Assembly: GCA_964016885.1 (NCBI GenBank)
Contig: OZ024753.1
Location: forward strand, 27,714,001-27,778,000
Direction of reading: 5' to 3'
Source: Eledone cirrhosa
Taxonomy: Eukaryota
DNA length: 64,000 nucleotides
In this document: piece by piece, positions 23,925-37,679 of the stretch
How the letters are laid out: every line of letters starts with the position of its first letter
Numbering within the stretch: the stretch's first letter is position 1
Translations under genes and position numbers: made by a program
Notes under the pieces: generated by a model
What the model saw: only the letters and a program-made list of their open reading frames with translations
Told to the model about the DNA's origin: nothing
Database searches by the model: none

Positions 23925-24100
23925 GTACGGTAGAGGGTTTGACGCCAAGCTTTCCAGCATAGAGTTACGTCCCTTTACGGACTGAGTTCAAATCCCGCCG
24001 AGGTTAACTTTGCCTTTCATCCTTACCGGGATCGATAAAATAAAGACCCAGTAATGTACTGGGTAATTGCTGGCCTTGTGCCAAAAGTAGAAACAATCAT
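23925..24100 (+). mobile_element. SINE family 1
   Basis: B box gttcaaatccc and body. Confidence 0.85.
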
Positions 24101-24887
24101 TAGTAGTGTGTCCACATATTTGCCGCGTAATGAGATACCCGATTGGCATAATACATACTTTTAGGTGACCCAACAGCGGTTTACATGTTTACACTGCATT
24201 TTCAATAGCACACGCTCGCGCGCGTGTACATGATGCCTTGCAGCATCTCTTACTAAATTTTCTTGACTACTGCAATCAGAAATTTTTTCAGTGCTTCAGG
24301 GTTGTTTTATATACATTAAAAACGGTTCATTATTTAGTGATAGTGATGAAATACCGTTTCGTTTGACAGATTTTTAAATGTTGTGTTACTAACGCATTAT
24401 CTATGGTTGTCATCGTTTCATTTGCCACTTTGTTGGTTGTTATGTTTGCATTCACCAGTTTTACAATTACATCAGGGTTCTCATTTGTTTTCAAACTATG
24501 ACAGTGGCTATTCCAAGGAACAAACTCACTGCACATTTAAAAAGTGATTTATTAATTGTTGTGAGTTTAGTTTGGTGAAATATTGACTAAACTTCTTTTA
24601 CTCAAACTCTCATCCATTCTCCCTGTCATCACGAATGACCACACACACACACATACATGTATCCACCCATCCATACATACACACATCTATACACACACAC
24701 ACACGCACACACACACACATGTATCCATCCATCTATACATTCATACATACATACATCTATACACACACATATATATATACGATTTTATATATATACGATT
24801 TTTACACATCTGTAACCATAGCATACATTTCTAAAAATTCATCATATAAGAGTGTAAGTATGTGTTTGTATATGTGGTATATGTATG

Positions 24888-24940
<53 letters not shown>

Positions 24941-25196
24941 GTGTGCATGCATATGGATATGCACAGACGTATAATGATATAGAGCTAATGGAACTATCTC
25001 AGGTGAGCTAGTGGCATACATTTAGATACTTCAGGTAGATAGTGATGTATACAAGAAATCCTCCATGAATTGTGATTTATCTCTTTGAGAAAGAAAGAAA
25101 AATACCTAGTGGCAATTAACGTCGCTGGAAAAGGGAGGAAATTATGAATTAAGTTCACTGAAATTTTAACTGTTTTAATGACAAGAGAAAAATAAT

Positions 25197-25380
25197 TGTT
25201 TCTACTTTAGGCACAAGGCCAGCAATTACCCAGTGCATTACTGGTACTTTATTTTATCGACCCCGTAAGGATGAAAGACAAAGTCAACCTCGGCGGGATT
25301 TGAACTCAGATCGTAAAGGGACGTAACTATGCTGGAAAGCATGGCGTCCGACCCTCTACCGATACTGCCAATCCACCGCC
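25197..25380 (-). mobile_element. Full-length tRNA-derived SINE, family 1, with 14-bp TSD
   Basis: A box TGGCAGTATCGG, B box GTTCAAATCC, body tttcatccttacggggtcgataaaataaagtaccag; TSD aagagaaaaataat at 25183-25196 and 25381-25394. Confidence 0.9.
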
Positions 25381-26086
25381 AAGAGAAAAATAATGCTCTT
25401 TGTTAGCAAGGAAGATTATGGCTAAAGACATGTTTCGGTCTTATTAAATCTCAACGGCAAAATATTATTTGTGTGTGTGTGCGAATGTGTGTATGAGTGT
25501 GTATCACCTCAAAGTTCCAACGGAATGAAGTCCCATCTTCGAATTAATATATATGTATATATATTATATAAAAAAAAAACACAGACACATAATGGTGGTC
25601 TTATATTCAAGTATTTTCTTGTTTAATAGAAGAGAGAAAAATAAAAAAAAAGAAATAATAATCATATGAAACAAACTAACTAACAAACACAACTACATAC
25701 AACAATTACAAAGAAGAAAAACCTACGAAATACTATTTCGAAAGCAGACTGGGGCAAAATGTCAAACGAAGGTGATTCACTTATCTGAGAGAACGGAGAG
25801 GAAGTGAGTAAAGAGTGTAATGAGTCTGCGAGAAGAAATATAGAAATATATAGAACAGAAAGGAACAATAACAACAGAAGCTCTTTCAACGAAAGATCTT
25901 GGCCAATAGAATTTGACTGTGAAAGGCCGAGAGAAAGGTAAGTAAGATAAACGAAGTTAAAACGTAAAAATAGACCGAAATATACACGAGTAACAACGAA
26001 CGGAGAGGAAATTTGATCTGTTTCTCTGATCTCAGCTGAATCTAAATCTAAACAGAATATGGTAAATGGCATCGAAAACTACTTAC

Positions 26087-26170
26087 TTTAGAGACCGTCA
26101 CGTTTTATTTCAGTGGTTTTTATCCAAACATCGTCAACAACCAGCCAACCACACCCGAGCTAAGAAGAAA
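26087..26170 (-). other. OXNAD1: Probable non-coding first exon / TSS region of OXNAD1
   Basis: The first coding exon begins directly after an AG acceptor, so an upstream UTR exon is expected. Donor AAA|gtaagt on - at 26081-26087, in a relatively CpG-rich, non-repetitive stretch. 5' boundary approximate. Confidence 0.45.
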
Positions 26171-27194
26171 CCTTCGAACCAACGGGAACGGCAGATGGAA
26201 ACAGAAGAGCGAACCACTACGTGATCGGTCGATCTACTAGAAATAGCAGACATAATTCCCTCAAATCCCACCCTAGTATCTTTTTTCTTTTTTTTTTTAT
26301 TCTAGATTTTGTTGGATAATGTAGTTGCGTCTGAATAGCAGAATGTAGAAAGTATCATCTACGACCGTCACTATTAAAAGCTAACGAATTACGGAAAACA
26401 CTTTTCTATATAAGTTTTGTATACAGGTGTGTAATGGAATGGAATGGATCTCCATCAGTTTCAACAACGACTGGTCCAGTTGTTCAAGCAACAGAACAGC
26501 CAGCTAGTGAAAATAACGTGAACATGTATGAGCATTCCACAGACACGCCTGTTTGTCACATTTACATTCATTGCACCAGTGAGGAGGCGCTCTTCTGACC
26601 CCATCTGCGTACGAGTGAAGAAGAGGGGGAGGTACTATTGTTACTGTGCTTGTTGTTTTTTCTCCCTGTACTTAGGGAGTTGGTAGCAGTGGTTGGGAAG
26701 GCTACGTATCCCCCCTCTCTTTCTCTCTTCACGAGACAGAAGACCCTAAAGTGATTTCTTTCGCCGCACCTGCAACTACTTCCCGAATTTGCTCGTTGTC
26801 CTCGAACTGAAAATGATCCGGGTGGCTGGTCACCGTTCTTGGCTTGACCATTGCCTGGAACTCCAATATCATTCTAGTTTTATTTGCCATCAGTTTGGCC
26901 TGGTCTGGTCCCTCTAGGGTGTAACATTGTTAATGCGATTTCACGTGAATCACTTAGTGTCAGGCGGTACAGGCTATTGCGATGAACATGCCAACTTCTT
27001 CGTTTTCACACATGTCGGTTATCATTCCGTGTTGCTTTCCTATCTAGATGTAGATGACTGAGCGCCACGCCCCCTCCAGGTATTTTTAGTCTCAGCGGGA
27101 ACGGGGTAGTTCAACCTCTTTTATCCTCCATTAATGCAAAATGTTAGAAAGAGGAGCAAGATAAGGAAATGGCTTTTCCCCGCTAATGTTTACA

Positions 27195-27965
27195 TCATCA
27201 ACAAAGTTAACTGGGAGAACATGGATATCAAAATAGATGGTGAACTCCTACGCTACCTAAACTTCGCAGATAGATAATATCATCCTAATAGGCTATATAC
27301 CACAAGAATTGGAGGAGATGTTCAATGCTATTCACACAGTGAGCCAACCATTCATCTTGGGATAACCAAGGTCATGTTTAGCAGCCACGCTAAACCATCA
27401 CCAGTTATTGTAAATGGAAAGACCATTGAGGAAGTAGACAGCTATGTGTATCTCGGAAAGAAGATTGCAAGAGCTGGTGCCCAACTTCCGGAGGTCAAAA
27501 GAAAGATTGTGCTTGACCAGGCGACTTTTGGAAAATGTATAACATCATTAGAAGTCCAAAGTCAACAATCGAAACCAAAAGAAAGCTGTTTAATGAATAT
27601 GTTCTGCTGGTGATGACTTTTGGAAGTCAGACGTGGGCATACAACACCAGCACTACAGAGACTCTTGAAGTGGCTCAACATAAAATGGAACGAATCGTGC
27701 TCAGCATCATACTACGTGACAGGAAGAGCAACATCAGGACTTGACAGTAGACTGGCTTGAAGGACATAATTGAGACCACCAAGAAGGGCAAAGATAAATG
27801 GACCGACCATATCTCTCGTTTCAAAGACAACAGGCGAACTATTAGAGTGAGAGTGTGGATACCAAGGTGGTGGGGAAGAACCAGAGAGCGGCCAAAGGCC
27901 AGATACCTCGGCCACATATGGCCTAATGTGGCCAGAGATAGGAAGTGGTGGAGGTCAACCTAGGA
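27195..27965 (+). mobile_element. Degraded RTE LINE RT fragment
   Basis: Frameshifted pieces IKIDGELLRYLNFAD, IEEVDSYVYLG, KRKLFNEYVLLVMTFGSQTW, KWTDHISR...RERPK. Confidence 0.85.
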
Positions 27966-28129
27966 AGGCTTTGGGATTTTGGATTGCATTTATAGAAAAT
28001 GGTCCATTTCGTTTGAGGGGAATTTCATTATTCCTGGAGACACGATGTCAGCTTCGAAATCCTGGCTCAAAATCAATGTTCTGTATATTGCAAGTTGTCC
28101 AATCTTTTTTGAGTTAATCACTGTTTTTT

Positions 28130-29640
28130 TTTACTGTTGTACTGGTTGTACTGGCTATTGTGGATGTTGTAGTGGTGTTGCTGTTGTTGTTGTGGTTGTT
28201 GTGGTTGTTGTGGCTGTTGTGTTTGTTGTGGTTTGTTGTGTTGCTGCTGTTGTGTTGTGGCTGTTGAGGTTGTTGTTGTTGTGGCGGTTGTTATTGCTTG
28301 TTGTGTTGTTGTTGTTGTTTGTTGTGGTTGTTGTTGTTTGTTGTTGTTATTGTTGTTGTTATTGTTGTTGTTGATGAGGTTTTTACAGTTGTTATATTAC
28401 TGTGGCACCAGTTAATGTAGCTAGTTACCATCATTATCATTTTCGTCATTGCTATCACCATCATCATAACCATCATCATCACCATCATCATAACCATCAC
28501 CATTGCCATCATCATCATGATCAATATCGCCATCATCATCATCATCATCATCATCATTATTATCATTTTCGTTATTGCTACCACCATGATGATGATGATC
28601 ACCATCAGCAGCGGCAGCAACAACAACAGCAGCAGCAGCAATGGTAGTGACAGCAGCAGCAACAGCAGCAGCAGCAGTAACAGCAGCTACTTAATGCAGC
28701 AAGTGGTGTAGCAGCTAGCAGCATTATAGATGTCTATATAATCAGTTGATATTGATGATTGTGATGGTGGTGGTGGTGGTGGTGGTTGTGGTGGTGGTGG
28801 TGGTGGTATTGGTGGTGGTGGTGGTGGTTGTGATGGTGGTGGTTGTGGTGGTATTGGTGGTGGTGGTGGTGGTATTGGTGGTGGTGGTGGTGGTTGTGGT
28901 GGTGGTATTGGTGGTGGTGGTGGTGGTTGTGATGGTGGTGGTGGTGGTGGTGGTGGTGGTATTGGTGGTGGTGGTGGTGGTTGTGGTGGTGGTGGTGGTG
29001 GTTGTGGTGGTGGTATTGGTGGTGGTGGTGGTGGTTGTGATGGTGGTGGTTGTGGTGGTGGTGGTGGTGGTGGTGGTATTGGTGGTGGTGGTTGTGATGG
29101 TGGTGGTTGTGGTGGTGGTGGTGGTGGTGGTGGTATTGGTGGTGGTGGTTGTGGTGGTGGTGGTATTGGTGGTGGTTGTGATGGTGGTGGTTGTGGTGGT
29201 GATTGTGGTGGTGGTATTGGTGGTGGTGGTTGTGTTGGTGGTATTGGTGGTGGTTGTGATGGTGGTGGTTGTGGTGGTGATTGTGGTGGTGGTATTGGTG
29301 GTGGTGGTTGTGTTGGTGGTATTTGTGGTGGTGGTGGTTGTGGTGGTGGTGGTGGTATTTGTGGTGGTGGTGGTTGTGGTGGTGGTGGTGGTATTTGTGG
29401 TGGTGGTGGTTGTGTTGGTGGTGGTGGTATTTGTGGTGGTGGTGGTTGTGATGGTGGTGGTGGTATTGCTAGTGGTATTGATAATGGTAATGGTAGTAGT
29501 AATGGTTGCGGTGGAGGTGCTGGTGGAAGTGTTATTGATAGTGGTATTGGTAGTGGTAGTGGTGGTGGTAGTGGTGGTTGCGGTAGTGGTGATGGTATGG
29601 AGGTGATAATAGATGGTGATGGTGTTTGTGCAAGTGGTGG
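28130..29640. repeat. Trinucleotide low-complexity tracts (GTT)n, (CAT)n, (CAG)n, (GGT)n
   Basis: Direct reading. Confidence 0.95.
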
Positions 29641-29810
29641 GGATGATGATTTGGGGGTGGGTGGATGGTTTGGGTAGTGGTGGTGCTGATAGTGATAATG
29701 GTTGTGGTTGGGCTAATGATGTTTCCGTTACTGTTTCGTTTCTGGTCAGCTCTGATTAGGGAAAACTACTATCAAAGACAACCCAACCGTGACTATATAG
29801 GGATATAAAG

Positions 29811-30016
29811 GGCGGTAGAGCTTCATACACCATGCTTTGTGGCATAGAGTTATGTCCCTTTACGTTCTTAGTGCAAATTCCACCGTGGTTAGCTTTGCCT
29901 TTCATCCTTACGGGGTCGATAAATAAAGCACCAGTAATGCACTGGGGTCGATTTAATCGACTCTCCCCCCCCAAAAAAAAAAATTGTTGGCCTTGTGCCT
30001 AAATCAGAAACCATTA
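29811..30016 (+). mobile_element. SINE family 1
   Basis: Body match including the gtcgatttaatcgac hairpin. Confidence 0.85.
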
Positions 30017-30253
30017 TTTAATGTTGTTTTCTTTACTCATTTTAAAGACAGAATAAAGTGCAATTTGAGGGAGATTTAGCTGCAATATCTAGCAGATCGA
30101 GCAACCACGTAGAAGTTCTCTCAGTGGTTTGCAGTAGCAATGTTGTTGTTGAGATGGGGTGGGGGATAGTGATGGTGATGGTGGTGGGTGTGGAAGTGGT
30201 GGTATTGATAGGAATAATGATTGTAATTGTAGTGTTGGTGGAAGTTGTGACAA

Positions 30254-31580
30254 TGGTTGTGGTGATGGAGGTAGTCTAACAGTGTTGGTGGTAGTGGTGG
30301 TGGTTGTGGTGATGGAGGTAGTCTAACAGTGTTGGTGGTAGTGGTGGTGGTTGTGGTGATGGAGGTAGTCTAACAGTGTTGGTGGTAGTGGTGGTGGTTG
30401 TGGTGATGGAGGTAGTCTAACAGTGTTGGTGGTAGTGGTGGTGGTTGTGGTGATGGAGGTAGTCTAACAGTGTTGGTGGTAGTGGTGGTGGTTGTGGTGA
30501 TGGAGGTAGTCTAACAGTGTTGGTGGTAGTGGTGGTGGTTGTGGTGATGGAGGTAGTCTAACAGTGTTGGTGGTTGTTGTGGTTGTGGTGGTGTTGGTGG
30601 TGGTGGTTGTTGTTGTGGTGGTTGTGGCGATGAAGATGGAGGTAGTCTAACAGTGTTGGTGGTAGTGGTGGTGGTTGTGGTGATGGAGGTAGTCTAACAG
30701 TGTTGGTGTTTGTGGTGGTGGTTGTGGTGGTGTTAGTGGTGATGGTTGTTGTGGTGGTGGTTGTGGTGATGGAGATGAAGGTAGTGTAACAGTGTTGGTG
30801 GTAGTGGTGGTGGTTGTGGTGGTGTTAGTGGTGATGGTTGTTGTGGTGGTGGTTGTGGTGATGAAGATGAAGGTAGTGTAACAGTGTTGGTGGTAGTGGT
30901 GGTGGTTGTGGTGGTGTTAGTGGTGATGGTTGTTGTGGTGGTGGTTGTGGTGATGGAGATGAAGGTAGTGTAACAGTGTTGGTGGTAGTGGTGGTGGTTG
31001 TGGTGGTGTTAGTGGTGATGGTTGTTGTGGTGGTGGTTGTGGTAATGTAGATGAAGGTAGTCTAACAGTGTTGGTGGTAGTGGTGGTGGTTGTGGTGGTG
31101 TTAGTGGTGATGGTTGTTGTGGTGGTGGTTGTGGTGATGGAGATGAAGGTAGTGTAACAGTGTTGGTGGTAGTGGTGGTGGTTGTGGTGGTGTTAGTGGT
31201 GATGGTTGTTGTGGTGGTGGTTGTGGTGATGAAGATGAAGGTAGTGTAACAGTGTTGGTGGTAGTGGTGGTGGTTGTGGTGGTGTTAGTGGTGATGGTTG
31301 TTGTGGTGGTGGTTGTGGTAATGGAGATGAAGGTAGTGTAACAGTGTTGGTGGTAGTGGTGGTGGTTGTGGTGGTGTTAGTGGTGATGGTTGTTGTGGTG
31401 GTGGTTGTGGTGATGGAGATGAAGGTAGTGTAACAGTGTTGGTGGTAGTGGTGGTGGTTGTGGTGGTGTTAGTGGTGATGGTTGTTGTGGTGGTGGTTGT
31501 GGTGGTGTTAGTGGTGATGGTTGTTGTGGTGGTGGTTGTGGTGGTGTTAGTGGTGATGGTTGTTGTGGTGGTGGTTGTGT
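30254..31580. repeat. Minisatellite: 47-bp unit grading into a 92-bp unit
   Basis: Period 47 (30301, 30348) then 92 (30781, 30873, 30965); anchor gtagt(c/g)taacagtgttgg. Confidence 0.92.
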
Positions 31581-32095
31581 TGACAATGGTATTGATGTTA
31601 AGGGTAGTGATGGTAGTGGTGGTTGTGCTTATAATGGTATTGATATTGTGGGTAGTGGTGGTGATGGTGGTGTCGATGGTGATGATGTTGATGGTTGTGT
31701 TAATAATGGCATTGATATTGATGGTGGTGGTGGTTGTGCTGGTGGTGGTATTGGTATTGAGGGTAGTGATGGTGATGGTGGTTGTGGTGATGGTGACAAT
31801 GGTTTTGGTAGTGATGACAGTGTCGGTGATGATGGTGTTGGTTACAATGGACGGGAGCGACAGTGGAGACAGTGATAATGATAGTAGTGACGCTGATGTT
31901 GCTAATGGTGCTAGTGGTTGTCAATTGTTGTGATGGTAGTGCTGGTAATGGTAGAAGTAGTGATGATGATTGTACTAACGACGATGATGATGATGATGAT
32001 AACAGTTGTGATGGTAGCTGATGGCAGTGGCTGTAAATGGTTGTGATGGTAGTGCTGGTAATGGTAGAAGTAGTGATGATGATTATACTAACGAA

Positions 32096-32146
<51 letters not shown>

Positions 32147-32440
32147 AACAGTAGTGATGGTAATGATGCTAGTGAAGATGAACGTGTCAGTGGTAAGAAT
32201 AACAAAGAGGCTTGCATTTGGTAGTGGTATGAACTGTTGTGACGATGGTAGTAATGGCATGGCATTGTAAAGGAGCTGATGGTGTTGTTCATATTGTTTA
32301 CAGTAGTGGAAGCATTGCTGATGTTGTGCTAATGGTAATGCTATGGCTAGTTGTAGTGGTATGGTGGTAGGAAGCATGATGAAGGTGTATCTTGTGATAG
32401 TGCAGCTATTGTTGTTGTCATTATCATGGTGCTGGTGCTG

Positions 32441-34095
32441 GTGGTGCTGGTATGGTTAGTGGTACTGTTGTGGCGGTATTAGTGGTGCTGGTATGGTTAG
32501 TGGTACTGTTGTGGTGGTATTAGTGGTGCTGGTATGGTTAGTGGTACTGTTGTGGCGGTATTAGTGGTGCTGGTATGGTTAGTGGTACTGTTGTGGTGGT
32601 ATTAGTGGTGCTGGTATGGTTAGTGGTACTGTTGTGGCGGTATTAGTGGTGCTGGTATGGTTAGTGGTACTGTTGTGGCGGTATTAGTGGTGCTGGTATG
32701 GTCAGTGGTACTGTTGTGGCGGTATTAGTGGTGCTGGTATGGTTAGTGGTACTGTTGTGGCGGTATTAGTGGTGCTGGTATGGTTAGTGGTACTGTTGTG
32801 GTGGTATTAGTGGTGCTGGTATGGTTAGTGGTACTGTTGTGGCGGTATTAGTGGTGCTGGTATGGTTAGTGGTACTGTTGTGGTGGTATTAGTGGTGCTG
32901 GTATGGTTAGTGGTACTGTTGTGGTGGTATTAGTGGTGCTGGTATGGTTAGTGGTACTGTTGTGGCGGTATTAGTGGTGCTGGTATGGTTAGTGGTACTG
33001 TTGTGGTGGTATTAGTGGTGCTGGTATGGTTAGTGGTACTGTTGTGGTGGTATTAGTGGTGCTGGTATGGTTAGTGGTACTGTTGTGGCGGTATTAGTGG
33101 TGCTGGTATGGTTAGTGGTACTGTTGTGGCGGTATTAGTGGTGCTGGTATGGTTAGTGGTACTGTTGTGGTGGTATTAGTGGTGCTGGTATGGTTAGTGG
33201 TACTGTTGTGGTGGTATTAGTGGTGCTGGTATGGTTAGTGGTACTGTTGTGGCGGTATTAGTGGTGCTGGTATGGTTAGTGGTACTGTTGTGGTGGTATT
33301 AGTGGTGCTGGTATGGTTAGTGGTACTGTTGTGGTGGTATTAGTGGTGCTGGTATGGTTAGTGGTACTGTTGTGGTGGTATTAGTGGTGCTGGTATGGTT
33401 AGTGGTACTGTTGTGGTGGTATTAGTGGTGCTGGTATGGTTAGTGGTACTGTTGTGGTGGTATTAGTGGTGCTGGTATGGTTAGTGGTACTGTTGTGGTG
33501 GTATTAGTGGTGCTGGTATGGTTAGTGGTACTGTTGTGGTGGTATTAGTGGTGCTGGTATGGTTAGTGGTACTGTTGTGGTGGTATTAGTGGTGCTGGTA
33601 TGGTTAGTGGTACTGTTGTGGTGGTATTAGTGGTGCTGGTATGGTTAGTGGTACTGTTGTGGTGGTATTAGTGGTGCTGGTATGGTTAGTGGTACTGTTG
33701 TGGTGGAGATTGTTGTGGTATTAGTGGTGGTGGTGGTGGTGGTGCTGGTATGGTTAGTGGTACTGTTGTGGTGGAGATTGTGATGGTATTAGTGGTGGTG
33801 GTGGTGGTACTGGTATGGTTAGTGGTACTGTTGTGGTGGAGGTTGTGGTGGTATTAGTGGTGGTGGTGGTGGTACTGGTATGGTTAGTGGTACTGTTGTG
33901 GTGGAGGTTGTGGTGGTATTAGTGGTGGTGGTACTGGTATGGTTAGTGGTACTGTTGTGGTGGAGATTGTGGTGGTATTAGTGGTGGTGGTGGTGGTGCT
34001 GGTATGGTTAGTGGTACTGTTGTGGTGGAGATTGTGGTGGTATTAGTGGTGGTGGTGGTGGTGGTACTGGTATGGTTAGTGGTACTGTTGTGGTG
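32441..34095. repeat. 41-bp minisatellite, about 31 near-identical copies then expanded variants
   Basis: Unit ggtgctggtatggttagtggtactgttgtgg(c/t)ggtattagt from 32441 to about 33700. Confidence 0.95.
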
Positions 34096-35057
34096 GTGGA
34101 AGTTGTTGTGGAGGTTGTGGTGGTATTAGTGGTGCTGGTGGTGCTGGTGGTGTTGGTGTTAGTGGTGTTGGTGTTAGTGGTGGTTGTGGTTGTGGCGGTG
34201 ATGTTGGTTGTGGTGGTGGTGTTTGTTGGTGATGCTGGTGGTGTTAATGGTGTTGGTTGTAGTGGTGTTGGTGTTAGTAGTGTTGGTGTTAGTGGTGTTG
34301 GTGTTAGTAGTGTTGGTGTTAGTGGTGTTGATGTTAATGGTGTGGTGATGGTGGTGATAGTGGTAGCGGTGATGGTGGTGTTAGTAGTGATGGTGGTGGT
34401 GGTGATGGCTGTGGTTGTTGTTGTGGTGTTATGACTAGTTGTATTGTTGTCATGATAATGTGGGAGTGATACTTTAACTAATGGCATGGTGAAGAATGTC
34501 TTGATAGTACAGCTGGTGTTGTTACAGTGGTGGTGGTGGTGGTGGTGGTGGTGGTATGAACTGGTTAGTAGTGATGTTGTTATTGTGGTTATAGTGGTGG
34601 TAGTGGTGGTGGTAGTATGGACTAGTTAGTAGTAATGTTGTTGTGGTTACAGTGTTTGTGGTGGTGGTATGGACTGGTTAGTAGTAATGTTGTTGTGGTG
34701 ATTACAGTGGTGGTGGTGGTATGTACTGGTTAGTTGTAATTTTGTTGTGGTAGTGGTGGTGGTTGTAGTTGTGATCGTAGTGGTTGTGATGGTGTTAGGC
34801 GTGGTGTTGGTGGTTGTGGTGGTGGGGTTAGTGGTGGTGGTGTTAGTGGTGATGGCGTTAGAGGTAGTGGTGTTAGTAGTAGTAGTGTGAGTGATAGTGA
34901 TGGTGGTGTTAGTGGTGGTGGTGGTGGTCGATTTGGTGGTATGGACTGGTTGGTTGTAATTGTTGTTGTGGTGGTAGTGATAGTGGTGGTAGTGGTGGTT
35001 GTAGTCGTGATTGTGGTAGGTGTGATGCTATTAAGGTTAGTAGCAGTGTTGTGGTGG

Positions 35058-35105
<48 letters not shown>

Positions 35106-35108
35106 CCC

Positions 35109-35142
<34 letters not shown>

Positions 35143-35437
35143 TATAATCATTATAATCAATGTCCGATTTCCCTGCAAGCAAAAGTTGAATGTGTACTCA
35201 CAGATAAACTCAGTACTTAATCATAACAACTGACCTCTTAGATGAGCCTGGAGGGGTGGGCTGGGCTGCGGCATCTCGTTTACGTACATTCCTGCACTCG
35301 GCCCAGTGTGCTCGGTGCATTTTATCATGGCATTAGAACAAGGGAGGTTGTCATCTCTTTGACACAACTGAAGAGCCTTTTCAATCCTTTGTTTGACAAG
35401 TTTTCTATGGCTGGATGCCCTTCCTATCACCAGTACA

Positions 35438-35603
35438 CAGTGCTGGATTTAGGACAAACGAGGTCCTATGCTAGTTAAGTTATGAGGTCCTTTACTTGGG
35501 CCCTGAAAGAGGTGAAACATTATTCTGGCAGGAAGATGGGCCTTCCTGGCCAACGGGGCCCTGTGCTTAACTACACCTAAGCACAATGGTAAATCCGACA
35601 CTG
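35438..35603. mobile_element. hAT-type MITE, family A
   Basis: TIR cagtgctggattt / aaatccgacactg; degenerate 8-bp TSD ccagtaca / gcagtata. Confidence 0.8.
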
Positions 35604-35817
35604 GCAGTATACTAAAAAAAAACAACAAACAAATATGGGCTCTTTGTCCTTTTGGAGACACTATGTTTAGTGTGGTCAAACTTCTGTATAATATGGCCTT
35701 TTCCTTTCATGGTGACCAAATTATGATGTTGTTTTTTTAACGGTGTTGCTATTGCTAATAGATGGTGATGGTTGTTATATGGTCACAGGGCCAATTGTAG
35801 TGCAGGTGGCTATGGTG

Positions 35818-35858
<41 letters not shown>

Positions 35859-36335
35859 GGAAAAAATGAAACGATATTTCATTTCCCACTCTTAGTACGG
35901 CTGTTACTTAAATATAAGTATGTACACGTACATACATATATGTATACCGACGTACAGTAGTATGTATATATATATGTGTTGTGATGATATGAAGTGTGAA
36001 GGTGGAATGGCTGTCACAGCTAGTGGTGTTGTTTCTGGTTGTTGTAATGGTATGGCTAATTATAGTGCTGGCGGTTATGGTAATGGTATGGCTAATTATA
36101 GTGCTGTGATGGTATGGTGGTATTAAGTGTGAATGTGAAAAGACTATTGTCACTGTGGTCTGGTGCTGGTGGAACGGTTAACAGTCATTTTAGCAGTGGC
36201 TGTAATGTATAATAAAATTGAAAGTGGTGATGGTGATGGTGTTAGATTTGCTAGTGGTAATATTAGCAACGATAATCATTGCTGCATCAGCTACCACCAC
36301 CACCACCACCACCACCACCACCACTACTACTACTA

Positions 36336-36401
<66 letters not shown>

Positions 36402-37177
36402 TCCAACATCAATACTATTTCTAGTTCTGTTATTGCCGAACTCTTAGCCTCTCAGACTCCAAGACTGCTTCCAGTGCCTTGTTTGTACTTTACCTTAAAA
36501 AAGCTTCACTCGCGACTGTCACTCCACCTTCACTCTTATTTAATTACACACACACGCGCGCGCATGCACACACATACACACACACACACATGATAAAATC
36601 GTATATACATTCAAACATACGAACATAAACAAACCACTCACACTTTTATATATAAAGTACCCTACATACACACGCACATGCACACACACACACATACACA
36701 TACACACACACACACTCACACACACACACACACATATATATATGAGAGAGAGAATAAAAGAAAATGCGTAGACATAAAGATAGACGCACTCAAATACATT
36801 CCAACATACATATGCTTCACCTAGAGACATTTACCTGCACATACCCATGCAGGCATGCGCACATACTCCAATATACGAACACAAGTTGCACTCACTCACA
36901 CGTGTACACATCTTCCCACCCTCACGGACGCATGCGCATGCACGAGCTTATACACAGGCACACTTACATACGCGCGTAAATACGCTCACAAACACGCTTT
37001 GTCACACCCTAACTTACTAGTGTGCATGCTGACAAGTGCGTACTAATACATTATATTAGATGCTCGTGCGAATATAGATGCACACGCGCACATACAGCAA
37101 ACCATCAAAACATATGCTCGCGTGCGTGCATCATCCACCCACGCATACATACAATCAATCAATCCATCTATCTATCC

Positions 37178-37219
<42 letters not shown>

Positions 37220-37220
37220 G

Positions 37221-37251
<31 letters not shown>

Positions 37252-37547
37252 AAAATTGTATTGCCCGGAGGCTGGCTGAAGCGGAAGAGATGTTTTTGTT
37301 CATTCGTCCCACGTCTTTCGTTTTTTCCTGCGCAACTTTGTTGTATATACATGCATACATATATACATACATACACACATACACACACGCACATACGCGC
37401 GCGCACACACACACACACACGCACACATATATGTATGTATATATGTATGTATGTATGTATGTAAATGGTAAACAGAAATAACAACATAATCGGTACAGTA
37501 TATGAAAGGAATATATTAGGTTAACGCTTGAAATAGCAGGAAGCGGG

Positions 37548-37583
37548 TCTTAACGTTTCGGACGCTAGTCCTTCACCAGAAGA
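37548..37583 (-). ncRNA. Minimal hammerhead, one core change
   Basis: TCTT CTGGTGA a GGAC tagc GTCC GAA ACGT T AAGA. Confidence 0.6.
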
Positions 37584-37648
37584 AAGAATCATAAATAAGA
37601 TAGATTGAAGGGATGGGCGGGGTGGAATTGGAAAAAATGTCTTTAGAT

Positions 37649-37679
<31 letters not shown>

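Noticed and set aside
28130-35180. Long poly-Val, poly-Thr, poly-His and poly-Pro ORFs that look mucin-like
   Set aside because: By-products of trinucleotide and minisatellite DNA; main unit lengths (41, 47, 92) break frame and no splice structure is evident.
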